DNA of 32,000 bases from Endozoicomonadaceae bacterium (GCA_965224475.1 CBDCZK010000006.1:27171-59170); one strand, 5' to 3'; positions 7,601-19,033 are shown, counted from the first letter of the stretch. Notes: generated by a model not told the origin, from the letters alone. Made by a program: numbers and translations.

Positions 7601-8985
7601 GACTAAGAATCATAGCCTCAGCAGCACTCCTGCTCATACTGTTTGAAGTTATTTTCTGCCTGACGCTGTTTCAACGCTACCGGGAAAATGCTTATTTCTC
7701 AGAATATGAAAAGCTTCAATCCGATGTAGCGACTCTCCTATCCCTTGCCCGTTTTCATGAAGGTAAAGCGGTCATGCCTGAGCGCACACCCAATGATGAA
7801 TTTCTAGAGATCGAATCTGATCTACTCGGTGCAGTGCTCGACAAAGATCTCAATCTACTCTGGAGCACGATCAGCGCGCACGATGAAAATGCCAAAATCG
7901 GGGAAAAAATCAGCTTACCCACCAGCCCTCTATTCGGAGATAAACTGTTCGGAACTACCCTGATTAATAATAAAGATTTTTTCTACTTTGCTGTTAACCA
8001 TGACTCCGAACATCTCGTCAATGATTACTATTTTGTAGCACTTCACTCCAAAGCAGAGTTTGATGAAAAAATAGCCCGCTTTTGGAAAATGGTTATCTGG
8101 CTCGGACTCGCCCTCATCATACTGGCAACACTATTAACAGCCAGTATATTATGGGGGTTAAGCCCATTAAAACGTATCGATAAAGAACTGAATGAACTGG
8201 GTGAAGGCTCAAGAGACCGACTGTCAAGCGCCTACCCTTCTGAAGTAAGCGGCATTACAGTAGAGTTCAACCAACTACTTGATCGCGAGCGAAAACAAAA
8301 AGAACGCTATAAAAACACCCTTTCAGATCTGGCTCACAGCCTGAAAACCCCTGTTGCAGTACTCAAACTCTTAATAGAGCGAGCTCCTGGAGAAGAATCC
8401 AGCCCTGAAAGAAGAGAGTTTATTCAATCTTCCAGTTATCAGCTCCAGCAAATGTCCGCAATTATTCAATACCAACTAAAGCGAGCGATGATTAGTGGTA
8501 ATAAGCGAATAGGCGATAAGCCTTTTCGCCCCCAACCACTTTTAACCAAACTTTGCGCCAACTTGGCCAAAATCCAGGTCGACCGACAAGTCAACTGGCA
8601 CCTTAGTTGTGACGAACATATAGAGCTTCCCATCAATCGCCAGGACTTTTTTGAATTTTCCGGAAACCTGCTGGAGAATGCCTTTCGTCTATCTCACTCG
8701 GAAGTACATATCACCCTACAACTAGGTACTTCAAAAATTGGTGAAGAGATGACTCTCAAAGTAGAGGATGACGGGCCTGGCGTTCCAGATGACTGCAAGG
8801 ACAAAATTATGGAAAGAGGCATCCGGGCTGACCGCAGAACCCCCGGTCATGGTCTGGGCCTTGCCATTATTAAAGATATTGTTGACGACTACGAAGGAAC
8901 TCTCTCAGTCAAGGATTCTCGATTAGGTGGCGCACTTTTTACGATTACGATTCCTACTAAATTTAACTACAGCCATTTCCAGTAA
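7579..8985 (+). CDS. phoQ: Sensor histidine kinase, PhoQ-like
   Basis: 468 aa. Two TM segments flank a ~150-aa periplasmic domain. The H-box ERYKNTLSDLAHSLKTPVAVLK closely resembles my recollection of E. coli PhoQ ([25 protein letters not shown]). N/G boxes are present (NAFR, DDGPGVP, GHGLGLAI). It overlaps the regulator gene by 22 nt. Confidence 0.8.
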   Translation: MQRFSSLRLRIIASAALLLILFEVIFCLTLFQRYRENAYFSEYEKLQSDVATLLSLARFHEGKAVMPERTPNDEFLEIESDLLGAVLDKDLNLLWSTISAHDENAKIGEKISLPTSPLFGDKLFGTTLINNKDFFYFAVNHDSEHLVNDYYFVALHSKAEFDEKIARFWKMVIWLGLALIILATLLTASILWGLSPLKRIDKELNELGEGSRDRLSSAYPSEVSGITVEFNQLLDRERKQKERYKNTLSDLAHSLKTPVAVLKLLIERAPGEESSPERREFIQSSSYQLQQMSAIIQYQLKRAMISGNKRIGDKPFRPQPLLTKLCANLAKIQVDRQVNWHLSCDEHIELPINRQDFFEFSGNLLENAFRLSHSEVHITLQLGTSKIGEEMTLKVEDDGPGVPDDCKDKIMERGIRADRRTPGHGLGLAIIKDIVDDYEGTLSVKDSRLGGALFTITIPTKFNYSHFQ

Positions 8986-9106
8986 CAACATCATTTTTGA
9001 TATAGTTGGCTAATGTAACACCAACACAGTATTCCATTAGCAATTAGGACTTGTATCCCTTTGCAGTGATTGGTCAAAATGAGACAGTTCCCTCTCTACC
9101 GGTGCA

Positions 9107-9865
9107 ATGATGTCTGAAGGTCTATACCCACCCCAGCTTGATACAAAACGGATTCCAACACATATTGCTGTAATCATGGATGGCAATAACCGCTGGGCCA
9201 AGGGGCGATTCCTGCCAAAGCTTGCAGGCCATAATGCAGCTGTTAAAGCTGTCAGGGAAACTATTGAAGGTTGCCGTGAGCTGGGCGTAAAGCAGCTCAC
9301 GCTATTTGCTTTTTCTAGCGAAAACTGGAACCGCCCTGAAGATGAAGTAAAAGGGCTTATGTCACTACTACTGGCATCTTTAAAAAATGAAACACGGAAA
9401 CTACGAAAATACGATATTCGCCTTAACGTTATTGGAGATCGTTCACGCCTCAGTAACAAAATTCAAAACGCCATAGCTGCTTCCGAACAACAAACCGCCC
9501 AGTGCAAGAGTATGATTCTCAATGTAGCCCTGAACTACGGGGGCCAATGGGATATATCAGAAGCATGCAGAAAACTGGCAACACTTGCAACAGAAGGTTC
9601 AATCACTCCCGACCAAATCGACGAAGCCATGGTTGAGAAGCACCTGTCTACAGGCGACGCCCCTCCTGTAGATCTGCTTATTCGAACCAGTGGCGAGATG
9701 CGCATCAGCAATTTCCTGCTCTGGCAATGTGCATACAGTGAATTTTACTTTTGTGAAACTTACTGGCCTGACTTTGATAAAAAACACCTGATTGAAGCTA
9801 TACTGGCCTATCAAGGGCGCGAACGACGTTTTGGTAAAACCAGTGATCAGTTAAAAGTGGTATAG
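9107..9865 (+). CDS. uppS: Ditrans,polycis-undecaprenyl-diphosphate synthase
   Basis: 252 aa. Motifs: HIAVIMDGNNRWAK, TLFAFSSENW, LIRTSGE.RISNFLLWQ.AYSE and RERRFG. Confidence 0.93.
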   Translation: MMSEGLYPPQLDTKRIPTHIAVIMDGNNRWAKGRFLPKLAGHNAAVKAVRETIEGCRELGVKQLTLFAFSSENWNRPEDEVKGLMSLLLASLKNETRKLRKYDIRLNVIGDRSRLSNKIQNAIAASEQQTAQCKSMILNVALNYGGQWDISEACRKLATLATEGSITPDQIDEAMVEKHLSTGDAPPVDLLIRTSGEMRISNFLLWQCAYSEFYFCETYWPDFDKKHLIEAILAYQGRERRFGKTSDQLKVV

Positions 9866-10110
9866 CAGCTCAAATAGTGCAAGCAAAATCTGAGACGAAG
9901 GTTTTGATATATAACTGACCACGCCCACTTAATCAGATATAAAGCGCTTCACTAACTTAACAAGCTATTTATGTTATTTCCTATCAAATAAATCATTTAT
10001 ATACTTGATAGATAACCTGCCACAGCCAAGAACTTACAATTACCCTCCTCTTGTGGAGGGTAATCATTAAAAAAACAGAGAAAGCACAAAATGTATACAT
10101 AACCGGTATT

Positions 10111-10124
10111 TTGACTAAAATCAA
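10111..10124. promoter_or_regulatory. FNR/CRP-family-like box
   Basis: TTGACtaaaATCAA matches TTGAT-N4-ATCAA at 9/10 positions. It is centred ~245 bp upstream of the cydA ATG in a 500-bp AT-rich leader. Confidence 0.4.
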
Positions 10125-10362
10125 AACTTCGGTTTGCCCTAGTATTGTTACGCATTGAATCGGTCTAAACTTCAGCAGCAAACAATTCTCAGCTGCAATT
10201 ACTGTCAAATGGATCCTGCACTCTCCCTGCCTGGTAAGCGCACTTATAGAAACGTGATCGTCCTCACTTTTTTATACGTATAACTGCCTGCAAGCGAGAC
10301 TTCACGGGTTGATTTTCAGGCAATTTCAGCAATAGCCACCCTTTCAAGTCACGAGGAGTATT

Positions 10363-11940
10363 ATGATTCTGGAAGAAGTCATTGACCTCTCGCGCTTCCA
10401 GTTTGCTGTGACAGCGCTTTACCATTTCCTGTTTGTGCCACTGACCCTTGGCATGACCTTTATGCTGGCCATTATGGAGTCAGTCTATGTCATGACCGGC
10501 AAACAGGTGTATAGAGATATGACCCGTTTCTGGGGCAAACTCTTCGGGATTAACTTTGCCGTAGGGGTGGCCACCGGCCTCACCATGGAGTTCCAGTTTG
10601 GCACCAACTGGTCCTACTACTCACATTACGTCGGGGATATTTTTGGTGCCCCCCTTGCAATTGAAGGACTGATGGCATTCTTCCTGGAATCCACCTTTGT
10701 TGGTATGTTCTTCTTTGGCTGGGATCGCCTGAGCAAAGTACAGCACCTGGCCTGTACCTGGCTAATGGCCATTGGCACCAACCTGTCTGCCCTGTGGATT
10801 TTGGTAGCAAACGCCTGGATGCAGAACCCTGTCGGTGCAGAGTTCAATTTCGAAACCATGCGAATGGAAATGACCAGCTTTGCTGAGCTGTTCTTTAACC
10901 CGGTTGCTCAGGTTAAGTTTATCCATACTGTTGCAGCAGGCTATACCACCGGTGCTATTTTTGTACTGTCCATCAGCGCCTGGTATCTGCTAAAAGGCCG
11001 TGATATCGGCTTCGCCCGTCGCTCTTTCGCCGTTGCTGCTGGTTTTGGTCTGGCCGCCATCATGTCCACCATTTTGCTGGGCGATGAATCCGGTTATGAA
11101 CTGGGTGATGTACAGGAAGTCAAACTGGCCGCTATTGAGGCTGAGTGGGACACAGAACCAGCACCAGCAGCATTCACTCTGTTTGGAATTCCCAATCAGG
11201 AAGAAAAGCGCACTGACTACGCCATCAAAATCCCTTACGCAATGGGCATCATCGCTACCCGCTCTCTCGATGAGCAGGTACTGGGTATTAAGGACCTGAT
11301 TGAGCTCAAGAAAGACCGCATCCGAAATGGCATGGTGGCTTACGAGCTGCTGGAAAAGCTGAAAAATGGCCAGGATACTCCTGAAAACCGCCGGGCATTT
11401 GGCGAAGTATCTGATGACCTCGGCTACGGTTATCTGTTGACCCGCTATACCGACGATATTCCCAACGCTACTGAAGAACAAGTAAGCCAGGCGGCCGAAG
11501 ATGCTATTCCTACCGTATGGCCGCTGTTCTTTGCCTTCCGGATTATGGTCGGCTGCGGTGTACTTATGCTTCTTCTGCTGGCAACCGCTTTCTACAAAAC
11601 AGCCCGCCGCATAGAATACAAGAGCCCATTGTTCCTGAAACTCTGCGTGCTGGCATTGCCCCTGCCCTTCATTGCCTGTGAAGTAGGTTGGTTTGTAGCA
11701 GAGTTTGGCCGTCAGCCCTGGACCATCTCTGGTGTTCTGCCAACTTACCTTTCTGCTTCTTCAAGAACAGCCACCGACCTCTATCTGAGTATTGCCGGCT
11801 TTACCCTGTTCTACGGTATTTTTGCCATTATCGAAGTTTGGTTAATACTGAAATACGCACGCAAAGGCCCCAGCAGCCTGCATACCGGGCGCTACCATTT
11901 TGAAAAGAAAGCCAACCGTCTTGCGGCGCAAACTCAGTAA
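10363..11940 (+). CDS. cydA: Cytochrome bd ubiquinol oxidase subunit I
   Basis: 525 aa. N-terminus [22 protein letters not shown], a long Q-loop, and [12 protein letters not shown] near the C-terminus. GAGGAG lies upstream of the ATG. Confidence 0.95.
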   Translation: MILEEVIDLSRFQFAVTALYHFLFVPLTLGMTFMLAIMESVYVMTGKQVYRDMTRFWGKLFGINFAVGVATGLTMEFQFGTNWSYYSHYVGDIFGAPLAIEGLMAFFLESTFVGMFFFGWDRLSKVQHLACTWLMAIGTNLSALWILVANAWMQNPVGAEFNFETMRMEMTSFAELFFNPVAQVKFIHTVAAGYTTGAIFVLSISAWYLLKGRDIGFARRSFAVAAGFGLAAIMSTILLGDESGYELGDVQEVKLAAIEAEWDTEPAPAAFTLFGIPNQEEKRTDYAIKIPYAMGIIATRSLDEQVLGIKDLIELKKDRIRNGMVAYELLEKLKNGQDTPENRRAFGEVSDDLGYGYLLTRYTDDIPNATEEQVSQAAEDAIPTVWPLFFAFRIMVGCGVLMLLLLATAFYKTARRIEYKSPLFLKLCVLALPLPFIACEVGWFVAEFGRQPWTISGVLPTYLSASSRTATDLYLSIAGFTLFYGIFAIIEVWLILKYARKGPSSLHTGRYHFEKKANRLAAQTQ

Positions 11941-11955
11941 TCAAGGAGGCCTACT

Positions 11956-13092
11956 GTGGATTACGAAGTTCTCAAATTAATCTGGTGGGTCCTGGTTGGC
12001 GTATTGCTGATCGGCTTTGCCATTACTGACGGCTACGATCTTGGTACCGCCAATCTGTTGCCTTTTATGAGCAAAACAGACAGTGAGCGCCGGATTATGG
12101 TGAATGCCATTGCCCCTCACTGGGATGGCAACCAGGTTTGGCTGATCACCGCTGGCGGTGCCATGTTTGCTGCCTGGCCACTGGTCTACGCCACCGCTTT
12201 TTCCGGTTTTTACTGGGCCATGATCCTGGTACTGTTTGCCCTGCTGATCCGTCCTATGGCGCTGGATTACCGTTCAAAAATCGATGATCCTCGCTGGCGC
12301 GCAGCCTGTGACTGGGGGCTGTTTGTTAGTGGAGTTGTTCCGTCTCTGGTATTCGGCGTGGCCTTTGGTAATTTATTCCAGGGCTACGGTTTTGAGCTGG
12401 ACAACCTCATGCGCTCTCATTTCACGGGTACATTCTTTGGTCTGCTCAATCCATTCGCCCTGCTCTGCGGCGTGGTAAGCCTGGCTATGCTGAATATGCA
12501 AGGTGCCACCTGGCAAGCCCTCCGGGCCGGCTCTCCCATTCAGGAGCGCGCAGCCAAAACAGCCCGCCTGTTTGCAGTTGTTACCATTGTAACCTTTGCC
12601 TTGGCCGGTGTTTGGGTTGCCAATATTCCAGGCTTTGAAATCACCAGCGTGATTGACCCCAATGCTGCAGCAAACCCACTGGTTAAAACAGTGGCCGTGG
12701 TTGAAAGTGGCCGCTGGCTGGCCAACTACAGCCAGTATCCATGGATGTTGATTGCCCCAGTACTGGGCTTTACGGGCTCTATCGGCGTTGTGCTGCTGGC
12801 TACCACCCGCTTCCATGCTCTGAGCTTTATCAGCTCCAGCATAGCCCAGGCCGGTGTTATTATGACCGCTGGCTTCTCCCTGTTCCCATTTATTCTGCCT
12901 TCCAGCTCTCATCCGGAAGTCAGCCTGACCGTTTGGGATGCCACGTCCAGCTACCTGACCCTGGCCATTATGACCTTTGTAGCAGCCGTGTTTGTACCTA
13001 TTATTCTGGGCTACACCACATGGTGCTTCTACAAAATGTGGGGACGTGTGACTGCTGAACACGTTTCCGAAAACAGTCATTCACTTTATTAA
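11956..13092 (+). CDS. cydB: Cytochrome bd ubiquinol oxidase subunit II
   Basis: 378 aa, polytopic. LKLIWWVLVGVLLIGFAITDGYDLG and WDGNQVWLI are typical of CydB. GTG start preceded by AAGGAGG. Confidence 0.93.
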   Translation: MDYEVLKLIWWVLVGVLLIGFAITDGYDLGTANLLPFMSKTDSERRIMVNAIAPHWDGNQVWLITAGGAMFAAWPLVYATAFSGFYWAMILVLFALLIRPMALDYRSKIDDPRWRAACDWGLFVSGVVPSLVFGVAFGNLFQGYGFELDNLMRSHFTGTFFGLLNPFALLCGVVSLAMLNMQGATWQALRAGSPIQERAAKTARLFAVVTIVTFALAGVWVANIPGFEITSVIDPNAAANPLVKTVAVVESGRWLANYSQYPWMLIAPVLGFTGSIGVVLLATTRFHALSFISSSIAQAGVIMTAGFSLFPFILPSSSHPEVSLTVWDATSSYLTLAIMTFVAAVFVPIILGYTTWCFYKMWGRVTAEHVSENSHSLY

Positions 13093-13107
13093 GGGGGGCC
13101 AGAAAAC

Positions 13108-13242
13108 ATGTGGTACTTTACTTGGATACTGGGTGTGTTGCTGGCATGCTCTTTCGGTATTATCAATGTGCTTTGGTATGAGTTTCATACCGATCATTTT
13201 GATGAAGAAACTGGCGACCCACTGGATAAGCCTAATAAATGA
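13108..13242 (+). CDS. cydX: Cytochrome bd oxidase small subunit CydX
   Basis: Hand-translated 44-aa ORF MWYFTWILGVLLACSFGIINVLWYEFHTDHFDEETGDPLDKPNK, starting 16 nt after cydB. The N-terminal 17 residues nearly match my recollection of E. coli CydX (MWYFAWILGTLLACSFG). It is below the ORF-track length cutoff. Confidence 0.85.
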   Translation: MWYFTWILGVLLACSFGIINVLWYEFHTDHFDEETGDPLDKPNK

Positions 13243-13257
13243 TGAGCTAATCATTAG

Positions 13258-13287
13258 AGCCGTACTGCTTTGATAGGCAGTACGGCT
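13258..13287 (+). terminator. Hairpin after cydX (possible terminator)
   Basis: Perfect 11-bp stem AGCCGTACTGC / GCAGTACGGCT with an 8-nt loop. There is no clear U-tract (followed by taaaat). Confidence 0.45.
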
Positions 13288-13480
13288 TAAAATACCCAAA
13301 AACAGCCCAGATTCACCTCACGACTCTCCCCCCCTAACTTGTCACGCAAAATCAAACCATTAGGCAATGGACAGTCAATTACGCGCCTTACTTTGTATAG
13401 GATATTTAACCTTTTTAAATTATTGCCATCTGAAAACTGATCTACGCTTATAGCAGGACAAAAAAACAAGGATTGTTTTT

Positions 13481-14038
13481 ATGAATTATCCGCTATATAA
13501 AAAAATGGTATCCGCTTTTTTTGCTATATCATTTGTCAGTGTGTCTTCTGCCAATCAACCAGAATTAAACAATCATAAAATACATGTCATTAAGCAAGCC
13601 TATTTTCCGGATAACAATACAATCAAAGCCCCTCTTTCATCAGCTTTCCAAATGAACCAACAACCTTTTGATCAAACATTGTTAATTACCCGAAGTAATA
13701 GTGAAGCAAGACAGGCCAGACGTGCCAATCGATCAGAAAGGAAAACAAATCGTCTCGAACAGCGTGAAGAGCGTCAAGCGAACCGCAGCGTCAAACGAGA
13801 AGATCGCCAAAGCAACCGTCAAGCCAAACGCGATGAAATTAAAGCTAACCGACAAGAGCAGCGTGAAGAGCGCAAGACCAATCGTCAAACCAGGCGAGAG
13901 GAAATCAAAGCTAACAAGCAGGCACAACGTGAAGAGCGCAAAGCTAATCGTCAGGCCAAACGAGAGAAGATCAAAACTAACCGTCAAGCCAAACGTGAAG
14001 AACGCAAGACTAATCGTCAAGCGAGAAATAATCAATAA
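13481..14038 (+). CDS. Secreted charged-repeat protein (11-residue repeats)
   Basis: 185 aa. Signal peptide MNYPLYKKMVSAFFAISFVSVSSA|NQ. From about aa 76 to the C-terminus there are about ten units of the type K(T/A)NRQAKREE(R/I). AAGGA lies 9 nt upstream of the ATG. Confidence 0.8.
   Translation: MNYPLYKKMVSAFFAISFVSVSSANQPELNNHKIHVIKQAYFPDNNTIKAPLSSAFQMNQQPFDQTLLITRSNSEARQARRANRSERKTNRLEQREERQANRSVKREDRQSNRQAKRDEIKANRQEQREERKTNRQTRREEIKANKQAQREERKANRQAKREKIKTNRQAKREERKTNRQARNNQ
13706..14035 (+). repeat. In-frame 33/66-bp tandem coding repeats
   Basis: The DNA-level period is 33 bp, with a clearer 66-bp super-unit (for example cgtgaagagcgcaa[ga]...aatcgtca). All frames on both strands stay open across it, which explains the overlapping track ORFs. 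Confidence 0.85.
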
Positions 14039-14063
14039 AAAGACACGAGTCCTTACAACAGGA

Positions 14064-14093
14064 TTTCCCTCTCTCTGTTTAAAGAGAGGGAAA
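14064..14093. terminator. Hairpin between convergent genes
   Basis: 11-bp stem TTTCCCTCTCT / AGAGAGGGAAA with loop ctgtttaa. It lies between the stop of the repeat protein (14038) and the stop of ygjK (14104). No strong U-tract on either strand. Confidence 0.5.
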
Positions 14094-14103
14094 AACCTGA
14101 AAC

Positions 14104-16819
<2,716 letters not shown>

Positions 16820-16867
16820 TATGCAACATCAACTGGTAACAGAAACGAGAACTGGAGGGATCAGTAA

Positions 16868-16889
16868 TGAAAGCGCTTTCAGAAAGCGC
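16868..16889. promoter_or_regulatory. LacI/GalR-type operator candidate
   Basis: TGAAAGCGCTTTCA (16868-16881) is a perfect 14-bp palindrome fitting TGnAAnCGnTTnCA. It overlaps GCGCTTTC-a-GAAAGCGC (16873-16889). Its centre is ~84 bp upstream of the ygjK ATG at 16791. Confidence 0.45.
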
Positions 16890-17158
16890 CGGTAGATTCT
16901 CATGGAAGATCAAAAAGACATCTTTGACGCAAGTCAACAATTGACATCATCATTTAACAGCCATTTGCAATTCAGGCACAGTATTTTCGTATATACACAA
17001 CAGTCATCTCAATGCTGATTCCTTCAGTCATATGGCAAAATATAGATAGAATCCTTTTCTTTTTATCATTTATAATCAATAAAATTGTTAATATAAATTT
17101 ATTAACTTCAAGCCTTATAAATCCTTTCAAACCACAATGAATTTTAACTTATAAGTAG

Positions 17159-17716
17159 TCACTCAAACGAAATCAGATATTCTTGACCAAATAGATCAAA
17201 TACACGTTTGACCTCTTGCTCAAATTCCTTGAAGTTCATTATTGCCAGTAAGTTCAGCCATTCATATTTCACTTTTCTCCACAATATTTCTATCAGGTTT
17301 AGCTCAGGTGAATAGGTTGGTAAAAAACAGACTAAAAGCTTTTTCTCAATCGCCCAGTCTATTACTCTTTCTCTGAAAAGTTTGCTGGTATGAATGCTGG
17401 CATTATCCACCATGACGATGGTATAGCGATCATTAGAACTGTACTTGGGATCTTCCATCCTGGTGGCAAAATCATCAAAGACACTGATAACCGTTTCGCT
17501 GTTAACACAACCTGTTACTGGGTAGTAGAAAAGGTCATTGGCACGATTCATAAACCCCAGCACATTGATACGCTTGCTTTTTACAGAGGGTATTTCTAGC
17601 TGTGAGCCTTTTTCTTGCCAGCCGTAGGGGACACAAGGCTCTTGGCTAAAACCAGATTCATCAAAGTAAAACAGATTGACAAGCCCTTTATCCTCAGCAT
17701 TTTGAGCCTCTTTCAA
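17159..17716 (-). CDS. IS630 transposase, DDE catalytic part (orfB)
   Basis: The frame is open upstream to 17803. Reading the run as A6 gives ...LSRLLKKLGLVYKRFRKA..., the LKKLG.SYKR junction I recall as typical of intact IS630 transposases. The stop codon lies inside the left IR. Confidence 0.85.
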   Translation of the reverse strand: MKEAQNAEDKGLVNLFYFDESGFSQEPCVPYGWQEKGSQLEIPSVKSKRINVLGFMNRANDLFYYPVTGCVNSETVISVFDDFATRMEDPKYSSNDRYTIVMVDNASIHTSKLFRERVIDWAIEKKLLVCFLPTYSPELNLIEILWRKVKYEWLNLLAIMNFKEFEQEVKRVFDLFGQEYLISFE

Positions 17717-17780
17717 GGCAGACTGGCAACACCTGAACTGCTCCTCGTTGCGCTTATGACTGCAAGCCTTACGAAACCGC

Positions 17781-18221
17781 TTATAAACAAGTCCCAGCTT
17801 TTTTTAAAAGTCTCGACAAAGTTTGTTTTGAGGCAGTCTTCCCGGTTTCCTCTGCAATCTTTGTTTGAACATAAGCCAGCCTGCGAGGTTCCTCGGAGAC
17901 AATCTCTCTAATGCGTTGTGCTTCCTGGTCAGTATAGATAGGTGGTTTACCACCCTCATGTTTTTTGTACAGACCGCGAAGGCCATAATCATCCCAGGCA
18001 TCAATCCAGTCAGATACTGTCTGATATCGAACTTCAAATATTGCAGCAATCTCGCTCATAGAATAACCACGTATACTGAGTAAAACAGCATGAGCCCTTT
18101 CCCTTAGGTAAGGATATGGCCCGTGCCGGAGAGCTTCTCTCAATGTTTTTATGACTGCGACATCGGTTACTGGATCAACAGTTTTCATCGTGACAACAGC
18201 GAGATTAATGGTGTTTGGCAA
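17781..18221 (-). CDS. IS630 transposase, N-terminal HTH part (orfA)
   Basis: 146 aa with helix-turn-helix regions (YSMSEIAAIFEVRYQTVSDWI). It ends shortly after the A7 run at 17799-17805. Confidence 0.85.
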   Translation of the reverse strand: MPNTINLAVVTMKTVDPVTDVAVIKTLREALRHGPYPYLRERAHAVLLSIRGYSMSEIAAIFEVRYQTVSDWIDAWDDYGLRGLYKKHEGGKPPIYTDQEAQRIREIVSEEPRRLAYVQTKIAEETGKTASKQTLSRLLKKAGTCL

Positions 18222-18301
18222 TGAGTATAACCAAATTGGAATGGAGATGTTTTTTATAAATACGGACGTACAGTTATTTTTATCTGTTAGCAGTTGCGTG
18301 A

Positions 18302-19033
18302 CTACTTATAACGCTTTTTTATCAAAAAACGTTTCACAGGGCTGTGATATTTCATAAATTTTCTGTGATCTTTTAATCCAGATAACCAATGCCTTATTTT
18401 CAATTGGTGTGTTTTCCCTTTCATCACTTTTTCGCATAGCGAGAAATTAGTAAACCCTTCTTTTTTAAATCTTTCAATCAGTTTATCTTCTTCTTTCTCC
18501 ATACCAGGTATTTTCCTAACATCAAAATCAATCATTACATTATTCACTTTCCTTATTTGCCCAGAATCTAATAAGTCATTGAGTATCATACATTCAGCAC
18601 CTTCACAGTTTGCTTTTACAATAACTATATCATTTTCACCAATATGCTTTTCAAAAAATTCTGAGGCTTTGACAAATCCACATATTGCCTCTTGTCTTTT
18701 ACCCACGAGGTCTTTCTTTCGCTGATATAAAGTTGCACCCATATCCTCATTCGATCCATACATCATCATAGATCCAGTCTTATCAGCCAAACCGTAGTTC
18801 AGAAGAATTAGTTGACTCTTACACGGGCGATTCTTGAACCTTTGACAGGTTTTATCATACTGGGCCTTCATTGGCTCAAATGAATAAATCCTATCAAACA
18901 TATAAAACTCACTGGTAACTTCATCCAACGTTTGGCCATCGTGCATGCCAATATCAAGAAAAATGGTATTAAATGGTTTCTCACTATGCTTTACGATTAG
19001 TTTTTTTACAGCATCAGGAATTACATAACCCAT
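18302..19033 (-). CDS. FkbM-family SAM-dependent methyltransferase
   Basis: 243 aa. SAM motif I-like FLDIGMHDGQT, and later VKANCEGAECMIL, typical of FkbM-type enzymes. AT-rich. The last two codons and the stop (tat aag tag) are supplied by the IS630 end. Confidence 0.6.
   Translation of the reverse strand: MGYVIPDAVKKLIVKHSEKPFNTIFLDIGMHDGQTLDEVTSEFYMFDRIYSFEPMKAQYDKTCQRFKNRPCKSQLILLNYGLADKTGSMMMYGSNEDMGATLYQRKKDLVGKRQEAICGFVKASEFFEKHIGENDIVIVKANCEGAECMILNDLLDSGQIRKVNNVMIDFDVRKIPGMEKEEDKLIERFKKEGFTNFSLCEKVMKGKTHQLKIRHWLSGLKDHRKFMKYHSPVKRFLIKKRYK

Larger units (their letters stand above)
17152..18308 (-). mobile_element. IS630-family insertion sequence (1157 bp) with TA target duplication
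   Basis: Terminal inverted repeats: 17150-17179 versus the reverse complement of 18281-18310, with the first 13 nt perfect (tataagtagtcac) and ~24/30 overall. Flanking TA dinucleotides at 17150-17151 and 18309-18310. The two-ORF transposase has a DDE triad (DESGF, VDNASIH, YSPELNLIE). Confidence 0.9.

Noticed and set aside
9993-10208. 71-aa minus-strand ORF in the cydA upstream region.
   Set aside because: It lies in an AT-rich leader, has no Shine-Dalgarno sequence or motifs, and overlaps the candidate FNR box. It is more plausibly non-coding regulatory DNA.
12373-13080. 235-aa ORF antisense to cydB, plus other long antisense or alternate-frame ORFs inside cydA, dnaE, bamA, lpxA, rnhB and uppS (for example 10990-11481, 21365-21973, 29159-29473, 9037-9459).
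   Set aside because: They lie wholly inside strongly supported conserved genes on the other strand or frame. Their composition is low-complexity or skewed (Gly/Arg/His-rich), and they have no motifs or plausible start contexts. They are typical shadow ORFs.
13706-14035. Possible CRISPR array, given the regularly spaced ~33-bp repeats. The same question arose for the 111-bp tandem at 6338-6563.
   Set aside because: The units are contiguous with no unique spacers. They are in frame within a coding sequence (13706-14035) or present in only two copies (6338-6563). No cas genes or leader are present.
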